A DNA stretch of 32,000 nt, taken from assembly GCA_016840095.1 (NCBI GenBank), contig JAEOSZ010000102.1, forward strand, positions 1,408-33,407, read 5' to 3'. The position numbers were made by a program, and so were the translations under genes. Shown one piece after another: positions 1-7,895 of this stretch. This stretch comes from Candidatus Heimdallarchaeota archaeon (GTDB lineage: Archaea; Asgardarchaeota; Heimdallarchaeia; Heimdallarchaeales; Heimdallarchaeaceae). The first letter of the stretch is position 1. Every line of letters begins with the position of its first letter. The notes below the pieces were generated by a model. The model searched no databases and had not been told where the DNA came from. It saw nothing but the letters and a program-made list of their open reading frames with translations.

Positions 1-273
1 ATAGATGCTGCTGATATGAAAGAAATACCGGGAGCTATTGCTATCTTTCCTAAAGAAGCAGTTTCTAGTGGATTTCATCTTTCTACTCACACATTGTCGT
101 TAACTATGCTTGAAGAGTTTCTCAAACCAGTTGTTCCAGATTTAATTACTATGTATGTTGGTATTCAACCAAAAGAGATGTATTTTGATACTCCTCTTTC
201 AAAGGAATGCAAAGAAGCTGCAGAGGAATTTGCTGAATTACTTATAGAGAGAATTCATCAAAAAGAATTATAA
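1..273 (+). CDS. hycI: [NiFe]-hydrogenase maturation endopeptidase (HycI/HyaD family), C-terminal part; the 5' end lies outside the window
   Basis: Frame 1 is open from base 1 (IDAADMKEIPGAIAIF...). The segments DAADM..PG, STHTLSL and VGIQPKEMYFDTPLS match, from memory, E. coli HycI VDATDMGLNPGEI, TTHNMPL and LGIQPDIVGFYYPMT. The gene sits in a hyp/hydrogenase neighbourhood. Confidence 0.7.
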   Translation: MDAADMKEIPGAIAIFPKEAVSSGFHLSTHTLSLTMLEEFLKPVVPDLITMYVGIQPKEMYFDTPLSKECKEAAEEFAELLIERIHQKEL

Positions 274-326
274 CTGTTTGAGGTCTCGGTTCTTTGTAAT
301 AAAATCAAAAAAGAGGTCACGTTAAC

Positions 327-1322
327 TTGAATCAGCAGGATTTTAGAGAATACTTGTTAAAAAATGATGTCAAAAAAGAACAAGTAGAGTTATTCATTGA
401 TAAACTGATTAATTTTGAAGAATTTCTTCATAATGAAGGAGAAAATATTGATACCTTTCCAGAAGGAAAATTGACTCAATACACTGAGGTTCTGGTAAAC
501 AAAGAAGAAGAGGAAGAAGCAATTCTAGATTTGTTAAGAGCTGTAATTAACTATGCTAATTTTACAAAAAAATACGACTATATCATTGAAGTTATTGACA
601 TAGTTGAAGGGTATAATGCCATGGATAATCTTTATACAAGAATTGCTGAACATTTAACTGAAAATATTCGAGATGAAGTCTTCAAAGATCTTACAATACC
701 AGTTCTTGGAGAACATCCAGATAAGAAGCCAGATTTTACAAAGAAAATAATGAAAAGAATGGAAGAAATAATTGGAGTAGAAAAGACAGTTGAAATACTA
801 TCTCCATGTTTACACGGAAGGCCAATTGAACCTATTAAGAAAGATAGAGAAGATTTTTTGAAATTAGGTGATATAGATGAATTTCTGAAAATTAAGAAAC
901 AAGAATTCATCAAAAGATTAGAAAAGCATGCAGATGAGGGAACATTGGAATATGCTCAATATGTCAATGATGATGTTGTAAATTATGTAAAAGATAGTCA
1001 GACAATAACTCCAGGAGTAAGAGAGGGGGACAAAATCATAGTAACAAAAATTCCATATCAGATGGAGAAATTCTTGAGTACAGAAGATAGAAGAATGAAA
1101 CGCTATTACAGCTGCTATTGTGCTTGGGTACGAGGAGCTATTAAGAAAGGAGATGAAGAAGAGATTTCTCCTAATTTCTGTAATTGTAGTGCAGGATTCT
1201 TTAAACAATACTGGGATATTATCTTTGATCAATCAGTTAAGGTTGAACCAATTGAAACACCAATAATTGGTGCATTAGAGTGTAAATTCGCAGTTCAAAT
1301 ACCTGAAGAATTTCAAAAATAA
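327..1322 (+). CDS. Hypothetical soluble protein with a C-terminal CxC-x19-CxC cysteine cluster
   Basis: 331-aa ORF with a TTG start 9 nt after GAGGT (313-317). K/E-rich composition. Cys cluster SCYCAW...(19 aa)...FCNCSAG plus an upstream PCLHG. I recognise no family by eye. Co-directional with hycI. Confidence 0.55.
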   Translation: MNQQDFREYLLKNDVKKEQVELFIDKLINFEEFLHNEGENIDTFPEGKLTQYTEVLVNKEEEEEAILDLLRAVINYANFTKKYDYIIEVIDIVEGYNAMDNLYTRIAEHLTENIRDEVFKDLTIPVLGEHPDKKPDFTKKIMKRMEEIIGVEKTVEILSPCLHGRPIEPIKKDREDFLKLGDIDEFLKIKKQEFIKRLEKHADEGTLEYAQYVNDDVVNYVKDSQTITPGVREGDKIIVTKIPYQMEKFLSTEDRRMKRYYSCYCAWVRGAIKKGDEEEISPNFCNCSAGFFKQYWDIIFDQSVKVEPIETPIIGALECKFAVQIPEEFQK

Positions 1323-1337
1323 AAACGAAAGTTTTAG

Positions 1338-1850
1338 CTAATTAAACACTCTTTCGTTTTTAAAACATCTATATAGTAATTTGAGAATACCCCATAGCGC
1401 ATTCAAACTCGGTACTCTTTTCATATATTCAACATATTCTTCACCAAACTTCTCAATTAACCTCTTGTTAGCTTTAAGAGAATCAAAATAGGTTGCAGCT
1501 ATAACAGGAACGCATAGAATATCCACTACCCAATGTTGTGAAATAAATACTAAAGCAATACTCCATAAAATCCCTGCAAGATATTGTGGATGTCTAACAA
1601 TAGCATAAATACCTTTGTCAACTAATTTGGTTGTTTGAATATAGCTTGATCTTTCTGGAACATCACCTTTCATTCTGAAAGTGATAACTGGTAGAACACC
1701 AAAAATTATTGAAAATCCCCAAAAAATATACCCTGTAATAACTAATCCAAGGATATCATAATAATCTTCCCAGAGAGTATAAGTTAGAACAATTTGTGTT
1801 ATTATAGATACTCCGAGAATTGTAGAACAGATGTAATCCTTCATTTTCAT
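1338..1850 (-). CDS. Isoprenylcysteine carboxyl methyltransferase / phospholipid methyltransferase family membrane protein
   Basis: 170-aa multi-TM protein with the family hallmark VRHPQYLAGILW (RHPxY) followed by a hydrophobic helix and an EE..L C-terminal region. Confidence 0.7.
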   Translation of the reverse strand: MKMKDYICSTILGVSIITQIVLTYTLWEDYYDILGLVITGYIFWGFSIIFGVLPVITFRMKGDVPERSSYIQTTKLVDKGIYAIVRHPQYLAGILWSIALVFISQHWVVDILCVPVIAATYFDSLKANKRLIEKFGEEYVEYMKRVPSLNALWGILKLLYRCFKNERVFN

Positions 1851-1875
1851 ATAAAGGCCTTCTAAATTTCAAAAG

Positions 1876-1891
1876 AAGATGTGCGCATCTT
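1876..1891. repeat. Near-perfect 16-nt palindrome AAGATGTGCGCATCTT just upstream of the methyltransferase-family gene
   Basis: AAGATG / CATCTT arms flank a TGCG centre. It lies 26-41 nt upstream of the ATG at 1850 (minus strand). Function unknown (operator or 5'-UTR hairpin). Confidence 0.3.
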
Positions 1892-2017
1892 GATTAATAA
1901 GTTATCTCGTGCGGGAAAAGGTTGCCTTAAAATACGGTATAATTTCGTTTAATTTGTAAAAAGCAAAACTAAAAATGTAGTAGAATTTTTCTTGTCATCA
2001 AACAAGAGGTAAACAAA

Positions 2018-2185
2018 ATGGATGACATAACCAAAGAATTCATTATTCAAACATATCATGATGCAATAGCAGCTTTTGACATCGAATATCTTGCAAAAAC
2101 CTTAGAACAAGCAGGTATAGATTCTGCCGATTCAGAAGTAAAAGCACTTCTAAAAGAACTTGATAAAGAATATGGGATATACTAA
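2018..2185 (+). CDS. Small hypothetical protein (55 aa), absent from the supplied ORF track
   Basis: ATG at 2018 lies 7 nt after GAGGT (2006-2010) and the TAA stop is at 2183-2185. Translation: MDDITKEFIIQTYHDAIAAFDIEYLAKTLEQAGIDSADSEVKALLKELDKEYGIY, helical-looking and acidic. It occupies an otherwise empty 370-bp gap. Confidence 0.45.
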   Translation: MDDITKEFIIQTYHDAIAAFDIEYLAKTLEQAGIDSADSEVKALLKELDKEYGIY

Positions 2186-2222
2186 ACTTTTAGTAGACTA
2201 ATAAGACTCCATTCAATAATAC

Positions 2223-2771
2223 CTAACATTTGTCAAGAATTTCTTTGGCAAACTTCTTTGCGTTTTCGATATCTATTTCATCAGGATGTTTTTTTACTTC
2301 TGGTTTATATTCCTCCCACTCTTCATCCCCGGTAATAATTTTTGCATGAATAAATATCTCAATGGGTTTAGAGGGTTTTCCCATACACCGGAAAAAACCT
2401 TTATAATCAATTTTCTTTTCACTTTGAAGTTTATCAAAGGTCTTCTCACATTTTCCTGCCCACTGTGCAAAAAGCTCTGCATGTCTTTTTGAACCTTCAG
2501 GAGGGTAAGTTGAATGTGTAACAAAACCTGCAAGTTTGAATGTAGGAGATTCCGGAATTTTCTTAATAAATTTCAAGACGGGTGGTGCTAAATCTGAATG
2601 ATGGCAAGCAGAACCTAAGAAAACCAGATCATAGTCGACTAATTCTGTAACTTTGAGGTTCTTGAAATTTTTTAGAGTCGAATCATTATTCTGAGTTGTG
2701 ATTTCATGTATAGCTTCTGCAATCTTTTTTGTATTTCCAGTTTTCGAGAAGTAAGTGACTAGAATCTTCAT
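2223..2771 (-). CDS. Flavodoxin-like protein
   Basis: MKILVTYFSKTGNTKKIAEAI is a typical flavodoxin FMN phosphate-binding N-terminus. I chose the internal ATG at 2771 because the longer ORF start (2819) adds a non-homologous hydrophobic leader. Confidence 0.7.
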   Translation of the reverse strand: MKILVTYFSKTGNTKKIAEAIHEITTQNNDSTLKNFKNLKVTELVDYDLVFLGSACHHSDLAPPVLKFIKKIPESPTFKLAGFVTHSTYPPEGSKRHAELFAQWAGKCEKTFDKLQSEKKIDYKGFFRCMGKPSKPIEIFIHAKIITGDEEWEEYKPEVKKHPDEIDIENAKKFAKEILDKC

Positions 2772-2877
2772 AGAACGTGCAAACCACACAATAGTTAAAA
2801 ATATTCCCTTTTTGTCCAAGAGAAGAAGTTATTTATTTAATCTATTTTTGCTCCCCATAGAGTATTCGAGGATTCAA

Positions 2878-3981
2878 ATGTCAGAACCAACCCAAAAATA
2901 CAGAGATAAAGACATGGTTAATGCAATCACAAAAAAGATTAGTCAACTCACAGAACAAATTGGAGAAAAGACAAGAATAATGCATGTTTGTGGAACACAT
3001 GAACATGATGTTGTCAAAGCAGGATTAAGATCTCTTTTACCTAAAGAATTGGAACTTATTGCGGGTCCTGGGTGTCCTGTCTGTGTTTCAAGCGCACAAG
3101 ACGTTGATGAGGTCCTATGGATAGCGGACAACCATAATGTAATCATCACTACTTTTGGAGACATGATGCGTGTTCCAGGTACTAAAGAATCTCTGTATCA
3201 AGCACAGGGGAGAGGTGTTGATGTTCGTGTTGTTTATGGTGTATCTGATGCCATCAAATTAGCTGAGCAAATGCCTGAAAAAGAGGTTTTATTCTTCAGT
3301 GTTGGTTTTGAAACTACTTCTTGTGTTACAGCAGCTGAAGTTGTTAGGACTAAACTATCAAATTTCAGCATATATTCTTCACATAAGCTTGTTCCTCCAG
3401 CAATGGAATTATTACTACAAAGAGACGATTTGGAGTTTCAGGGATTTCTAGCTCCAGGTCATGTATCTACAATAATAGGTGCCAAACCTTATGATTTCAT
3501 TCCAGAGAAATATCACTTTCCAGTAGCAGTTGCAGGTTTTGAACCCGTGGATATTCTTGTTGGTATTTATGCACTGTTAAAACAATTCAAGGAGAACACT
3601 GCACGAGTTGACAACATGTATAAGCGATATGTTAAATACGAAGGTAATGTAGCAGCCTTGAAAACTTTGAAAGAAGCATATGTAGTATCTGACGCAAGAT
3701 GGAGAGGATTAGGTGTTTGGCCAAAAACAGGACATGAAATAGCTAACAAATACAGTCATATTGATGCTAAGAAAAAATATGAGATTCCTGAACTTGAAAC
3801 TACAGATCTTCATAGTGGTTGTATTTGTGATGAAATTTTAGTAGGTAAATCTAAACCTCATCAATGCAAATTATTTAACAAAGCTTGTAGACCAGATCAT
3901 CCTATAGGAGCTTGCATGGTTAGTCACGAAGGAACTTGCAATGTTGCAGCTAATTATGAAGAGATAATCTGGGAGGATTAA
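2878..3981 (+). CDS. hypD: Hydrogenase maturation factor HypD
   Basis: Motifs CGTHEH, GPGCPVCV, GFETT, PGHVS and a C-terminal Cys-rich tail (CICDEIL...C...C...C). ATG at 2878 is preceded by GAGG (2868-2871). The longer ORF start at 2755 overlaps the divergent flavodoxin gene. Confidence 0.9.
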   Translation: MSEPTQKYRDKDMVNAITKKISQLTEQIGEKTRIMHVCGTHEHDVVKAGLRSLLPKELELIAGPGCPVCVSSAQDVDEVLWIADNHNVIITTFGDMMRVPGTKESLYQAQGRGVDVRVVYGVSDAIKLAEQMPEKEVLFFSVGFETTSCVTAAEVVRTKLSNFSIYSSHKLVPPAMELLLQRDDLEFQGFLAPGHVSTIIGAKPYDFIPEKYHFPVAVAGFEPVDILVGIYALLKQFKENTARVDNMYKRYVKYEGNVAALKTLKEAYVVSDARWRGLGVWPKTGHEIANKYSHIDAKKKYEIPELETTDLHSGCICDEILVGKSKPHQCKLFNKACRPDHPIGACMVSHEGTCNVAANYEEIIWED

Positions 3982-4033
3982 TTGCCAGATGAAAACAGTT
4001 AATTAATGAAGTAAAAATGGTGATGTGAGACTT

Positions 4034-4255
4034 ATGTGTTTAGCAATTCCTGGATTAGTTTGTGAGATATTGAATGATAAAAGAGTAATGGTTGACATCA
4101 CTGGGGTTAGAAGAGAAGCAGATACTTCACTTCTCGAAGAGTCACTAGATGTTGGTGATTATGTTTTAGTTCATACAGGATTTATTATTCAGAAACTTGA
4201 TCCAGAGCAGGCCAAAGAAGATCTTAAACTCTGGGATGAGATTCTCAGCAGTTAA
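4034..4255 (+). CDS. hypC: Hydrogenase maturation chaperone HypC/HybG family
   Basis: The canonical N-terminus MCLAIPG (essential Cys2) begins at ATG 4034, with a small beta-barrel-like remainder. The track start at 4025 (GTG) would bury Cys2, so I rejected it. Confidence 0.85.
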   Translation: MCLAIPGLVCEILNDKRVMVDITGVRREADTSLLEESLDVGDYVLVHTGFIIQKLDPEQAKEDLKLWDEILSS

Positions 4256-4323
4256 TTTTTTTCAGATTTCTGAAAGGAATATCGAATAAGTTAAATAGAA
4301 TATTTAGATTATTTCATATTAGA

Positions 4324-5004
4324 ATGGTGCTCAGAGATAGCAATGCGAATGCCTTAATTTTGAGAAATTTCATAGATTTTTCAACAAAAACAAATCAATA
4401 TTTCATAACTAACCTATTGCGTACTGTGCCTGATATTTTTGACGAGATCGAATGTATGGGTGAGGCTAAAAGCAAAGTAAATGCTATTGAAGGTTTGAAA
4501 CTAGTTAAGAGAAGATTCAAAACAAATAATATTGATATATCATATATCTTGATTCTAACTGCAAGGGGATATAAATTCAGGAACATTACAGATAGAGTTT
4601 TTCTCTGTGAAGAAAAAGCCATATTTCCATCATTTGAATCTTTCCCGCCAGTTAAACCTAAAATGGCACAAGATTTTGAAATCAAAACTGCAATACTAAA
4701 TGGAGTAGTTGAAAGTTTTGAAATGGAAAGTGATGAAATTGCACAAATTGTAATTGAATCAATATCTGAATTGCTTGAGAGATCATATGGTGTAAGATAT
4801 ACAGGAAGATTCCTTTCCATAAATGAATGGATTGAACTAAAAGAGAAGGAAGGAAAATGGTTAGATGGTAGTTTTAAACTAGGGCACCAAAGCCTAGCGC
4901 CAGAAATTTTTGGAAAGATTCTAGTTTTACAAGCTAGAGGATGGTACTTACAAGAAATTCCTGAAAAATTCAAAGGAAACGATTATCTTCTTGTCAAAGG
5001 TTAA
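4324..5004 (+). CDS. Hypothetical protein between hypC and the hydrogenase structural genes
   Basis: 226-aa ORF co-directional with its neighbours, with balanced charged composition. The antisense ORF (4395-4973) is S/L/I-rich, as expected for a shadow frame. I recognise no motif. Confidence 0.5.
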   Translation: MVLRDSNANALILRNFIDFSTKTNQYFITNLLRTVPDIFDEIECMGEAKSKVNAIEGLKLVKRRFKTNNIDISYILILTARGYKFRNITDRVFLCEEKAIFPSFESFPPVKPKMAQDFEIKTAILNGVVESFEMESDEIAQIVIESISELLERSYGVRYTGRFLSINEWIELKEKEGKWLDGSFKLGHQSLAPEIFGKILVLQARGWYLQEIPEKFKGNDYLLVKG

Positions 5005-5007
5005 TCC

Positions 5008-5031
5008 TTCAACAAATAGATAATTGTTGAA
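5008..5031. repeat. Perfect 8-bp inverted repeat TTCAACAA-N8-TTGTTGAA between ORF 4324-5004 and the hydrogenase operon
   Basis: Read directly: 5008-5015 TTCAACAA and 5024-5031 TTGTTGAA. It lies 4 nt after the stop codon at 5002-5004. It may be an RNA hairpin or an operator. Confidence 0.4.
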
Positions 5032-5121
5032 TCATTTAGTTATAATATTAGCATCTATGCAGCACAACCTTTTTTTATGACTGATTCTTGATTAAACTAA
5101 AATGTTAAGAGAGGACTTCTT

Positions 5122-5649
5122 ATGAGTGATGTACTCGAAGAGTTAGAAGGAATTTTAAATGTAACTTTACCCGGAAATCTTGTTGAAGAGATTATCAAAG
5201 TTGAAGAAGGTCATTTCAACGTTAAAAGTAGCGCCTCAAATGCCTTTGAGCTTATGAAAATCTTGCATGAAGATGCAGGTATTTATCACCTTTCAACTAT
5301 ATCAGGCGTTGAACATGATGATGAATTCAATGTTGTTTATCATATTCAACACAGAATTGAAGAAGAATTTAGGGAAGTTCCTATAAATTTCTATGTAACT
5401 AAAATTGACAAAAGCAAACCTAAAACTCCAAGTATGATAGAGTTTTTTGTTGCAGCTGATTATTATGAAAGAGAAATTTACGATTTCTATGGTGTATACT
5501 TTGAAAACCATCCATTCCTACAAAGATTAATCTTACCAGAAAGATGGCCTGATGATGTCAAACCAATGAAAAAAGAGTATGGTTGGGAACAAATAAAAGA
5601 AATTACCATGAAAATCGCACAAGAAGCTTTGGAGGAGGCTAAAGAATGA
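5122..5649 (+). CDS. Group-4 [NiFe]-hydrogenase NuoC-like (30-kDa) subunit
   Basis: ADYYEREIYDFYGVYFENHP is the NuoC/complex-I 30-kDa signature. GAGGA (5111-5115) lies 6 nt before the ATG. The stop overlaps the next start (ATGA at 5646-5649). Confidence 0.85.
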   Translation: MSDVLEELEGILNVTLPGNLVEEIIKVEEGHFNVKSSASNAFELMKILHEDAGIYHLSTISGVEHDDEFNVVYHIQHRIEEEFREVPINFYVTKIDKSKPKTPSMIEFFVAADYYEREIYDFYGVYFENHPFLQRLILPERWPDDVKPMKKEYGWEQIKEITMKIAQEALEEAKE

Positions 5650-6902
5650 CAGAACAATATAGATCTAGATTTAGAACTTTAACTGATGGTAGTGACTCTC
5701 CCCCAGGAGCTGATCACCACATCTTCATTGGACCTCAACATCCATGGGCAGAAGAACCGGCACACTTTATCATCCATCTAAAAGGAGAAAGAGTTGTTGA
5801 AGCTGATATCAGAATTGGTTTCAATCTCAGAGGGATTGAAAAAGCAATGGAAAATAGAACATGGAGACAAAATACCATGTTGGTTCCCAGAGCTTGTGGT
5901 ATCTGCAGTGCGGTTCATCAAAATGTCTATGTTAGAGTTGTTGACAGACTTGCAGGTGTTGAAGATCAGATATCTGAGAGAGCAAGATTAATCCGTATGT
6001 TCAGCTTAGAAGCAGAGCGTATCCATTCACACATCTTATGGTATGGAATACTTGCTCATGATGCAGGATTTGATACAATGCTACACATCTCGTGGAGAGA
6101 CCGTGAAATTATCATGGATATTGTTGAAGAGATGAGTGGAAACAGAGTTAATCCCGCTTTGATGCTCCCTGGTGGTGTAAAGAGAGACATTCCAAAAGAG
6201 AAAGCAGACAAAGCGAGACCTATGTTAAAGAAACTTAAGAAACAGGTAGAATACCACAAGAAGGTATTTGTTGAAGAAGCTTCGATTAGAAATCGTCTAG
6301 AAAATGTAGGTGTTTTAACTAAGGAAGATGCTAAGAAGACAAATCCAAACGGACCAACAGGAAGAGGTTCTGGATTACCTTTTGATATAAGAAAATCATA
6401 TCCCTATGAATTATATGATAAAATTGACTGGAACATGGTTTATTATACTGAAGGAGATATCTATGCAACTACACTTGTTAGAATTGACGAAACTTTAGAA
6501 TCTCTACAAATGTGTAATCAAATATTAGATCAACTTGAATCTACTCAAGGTGAATTACTTGCAAGAGTTAAGCCAAGAATCCCAGAAGGTCAATATATGA
6601 CTAGAGGTGAAGCTCCAAGAGGTGAAGATATTCATTTCGGTATCGCAAATGGTACAGATAAACCTGAACGATATAAAATTAGAGCTCCATCATTAGGAAA
6701 TATTGATGCCACTCTAAAAAGAATGGATGGAGAATATGTTGCTGATATGCCAGTAATTCTGAGAAGCTACGATCCATGTTTCTCCTGTACAAACAGAGTT
6801 ATGTTAATCAACGATGTTACTGGAGAAAAAATAATCATGAATCAAGATGAATTTGCTAGAAAAGCCATAAAGGCCAAGAAGTACAATAGGCCATTTTTCT
6901 GA
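5646..6902 (+). CDS. [NiFe]-hydrogenase large (catalytic) subunit, group 4 / NuoD-like
   Basis: The N-terminal Ni-Fe ligand motif RACGICSAVH and the C-terminal DPCFSCTNR (6771-6797) are both intact. A 34-aa C-terminal extension follows the Arg. The overall layout is NuoD-like. Confidence 0.9.
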   Translation: MTEQYRSRFRTLTDGSDSPPGADHHIFIGPQHPWAEEPAHFIIHLKGERVVEADIRIGFNLRGIEKAMENRTWRQNTMLVPRACGICSAVHQNVYVRVVDRLAGVEDQISERARLIRMFSLEAERIHSHILWYGILAHDAGFDTMLHISWRDREIIMDIVEEMSGNRVNPALMLPGGVKRDIPKEKADKARPMLKKLKKQVEYHKKVFVEEASIRNRLENVGVLTKEDAKKTNPNGPTGRGSGLPFDIRKSYPYELYDKIDWNMVYYTEGDIYATTLVRIDETLESLQMCNQILDQLESTQGELLARVKPRIPEGQYMTRGEAPRGEDIHFGIANGTDKPERYKIRAPSLGNIDATLKRMDGEYVADMPVILRSYDPCFSCTNRVMLINDVTGEKIIMNQDEFARKAIKAKKYNRPFF

Positions 6903-6914
6903 GGTGAAAAGAAG

Positions 6915-7385
6915 ATGAAAAAAGTATTAGTAATGGGTGGAGAAGCTCTGAAAAACCACGCTAAAGGACCTGTAACAAAACATGTTCTAAAGCAGATTGC
7001 AGATCATCCACCACCAGAAGATATCAGAACTATCCCAAGAATCATTGAAGATAGATGTATCATGTGTGGTACATGTGTGAAAGTCTGTCCATCTCACTGC
7101 TTAGAAATGGAAAAGGATGACAAGGATAACGGTATGATTTGGTTACTTAAACCTCAGTGTATGTGGTGTGGTCACTGTCAGACCTACTGTCCTAAAGATG
7201 CGATCCATATTGATAGAGATCCTAATTTATCTGTATCATTATTCTCATTTAACATCAGACAAGACTATGAAATGCTTACTGCAAAGGGTAGTTACAAAGG
7301 TGATGTAGCTGATAAAAAGTTACAAGAACTAATTGAAGCAGGCGGCAAGAAGATTAAAGAAGTCGATGAATTCCGAGGTGTCTAG
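6915..7385 (+). CDS. Hydrogenase 2x[4Fe-4S] ferredoxin subunit (NuoI/HycF/MbhN-like)
   Basis: Two CxxCxxCxxxCP motifs: CIMCGTCVKVCP and CMWCGHCQTYCP. GAGGTGA (6902-6908) lies upstream of the ATG. Confidence 0.85.
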   Translation: MKKVLVMGGEALKNHAKGPVTKHVLKQIADHPPPEDIRTIPRIIEDRCIMCGTCVKVCPSHCLEMEKDDKDNGMIWLLKPQCMWCGHCQTYCPKDAIHIDRDPNLSVSLFSFNIRQDYEMLTAKGSYKGDVADKKLQELIEAGGKKIKEVDEFRGV

Positions 7386-7386
7386 A

Positions 7387-7854
7387 ATGGGTTGGTTAAA
7401 GAAATTTGGTGTAAACTGTGCTGTAAGATCTCCATGGGTTATCCACATGAATGCAGGTGGATGCAATGGATGCGATATTGAAATTGTAGATGCCCTAACT
7501 CCAAGACATGATCTTGAACAATATGGTATTACTCTACGTGGTACTCCTCGTCAAGCTGATGTTCTTGTTATTACTGGTCCAGTTACTGTTCAGGTAGCTG
7601 ATAGAGTTAGACGTGTCTGGGAACAGATGCCTTTACCTAAATTTGTAGTCGCAGTTGGTAATTGTTGTACTACTGGTGGAGTTTTTCAAGAATGTCCATT
7701 TGTTTTAGGTGGTATTGATTTTGTCCTTCCTGTAGATGCTTGGGTTTATGGATGTCCTCCAAGACCAGAAAACATTGTTGCAGCTGTTGCTACTTTGTTA
7801 GGCAAGTTGAAAGAAGATCTTATTGGTATTGAGAAAAAAGAAGTTCCAGCTTAG
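7387..7854 (+). CDS. [NiFe]-hydrogenase small subunit (NuoB/HycG/MbhJ-like)
   Basis: Proximal-cluster ligands GGCNGCDIE, GNCCTTGG and GCPPRPE. ATG 7387 is preceded by GAGGTG (7374-7379). The longer track start at 7333 overlaps the ferredoxin gene. Confidence 0.85.
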   Translation: MGWLKKFGVNCAVRSPWVIHMNAGGCNGCDIEIVDALTPRHDLEQYGITLRGTPRQADVLVITGPVTVQVADRVRRVWEQMPLPKFVVAVGNCCTTGGVFQECPFVLGGIDFVLPVDAWVYGCPPRPENIVAAVATLLGKLKEDLIGIEKKEVPA

Positions 7855-7866
7855 GAACAACTTCTC

Positions 7867-7883
7867 TTTTTATTTTTGTTTTT
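7867..7883 (+). terminator. Oligo-T tract after the hydrogenase soluble-module operon
   Basis: Three T5 runs (7867-7871, 7873-7877, 7879-7883) sit right after the stop at 7854, in a convergent gap. Archaeal termination typically uses oligo-T. Confidence 0.4.
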
Positions 7884-7895
7884 ACTTGAATGTTA

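Noticed and set aside
632-1232. Minus-strand ORFs 632-913 and 918-1232 inside ORF 327-1322
   Set aside because: They are shadow frames with S/I/F-rich composition. The plus-strand frame is longer, has an SD motif, and is co-directional with hycI.
4395-4973. 192-aa minus-strand ORF antisense to ORF 4324-5004
   Set aside because: It has the S/L/I-rich composition typical of the reverse frame of a K/E-rich AT-rich gene. It runs opposite to the surrounding operon and has no SD motif.
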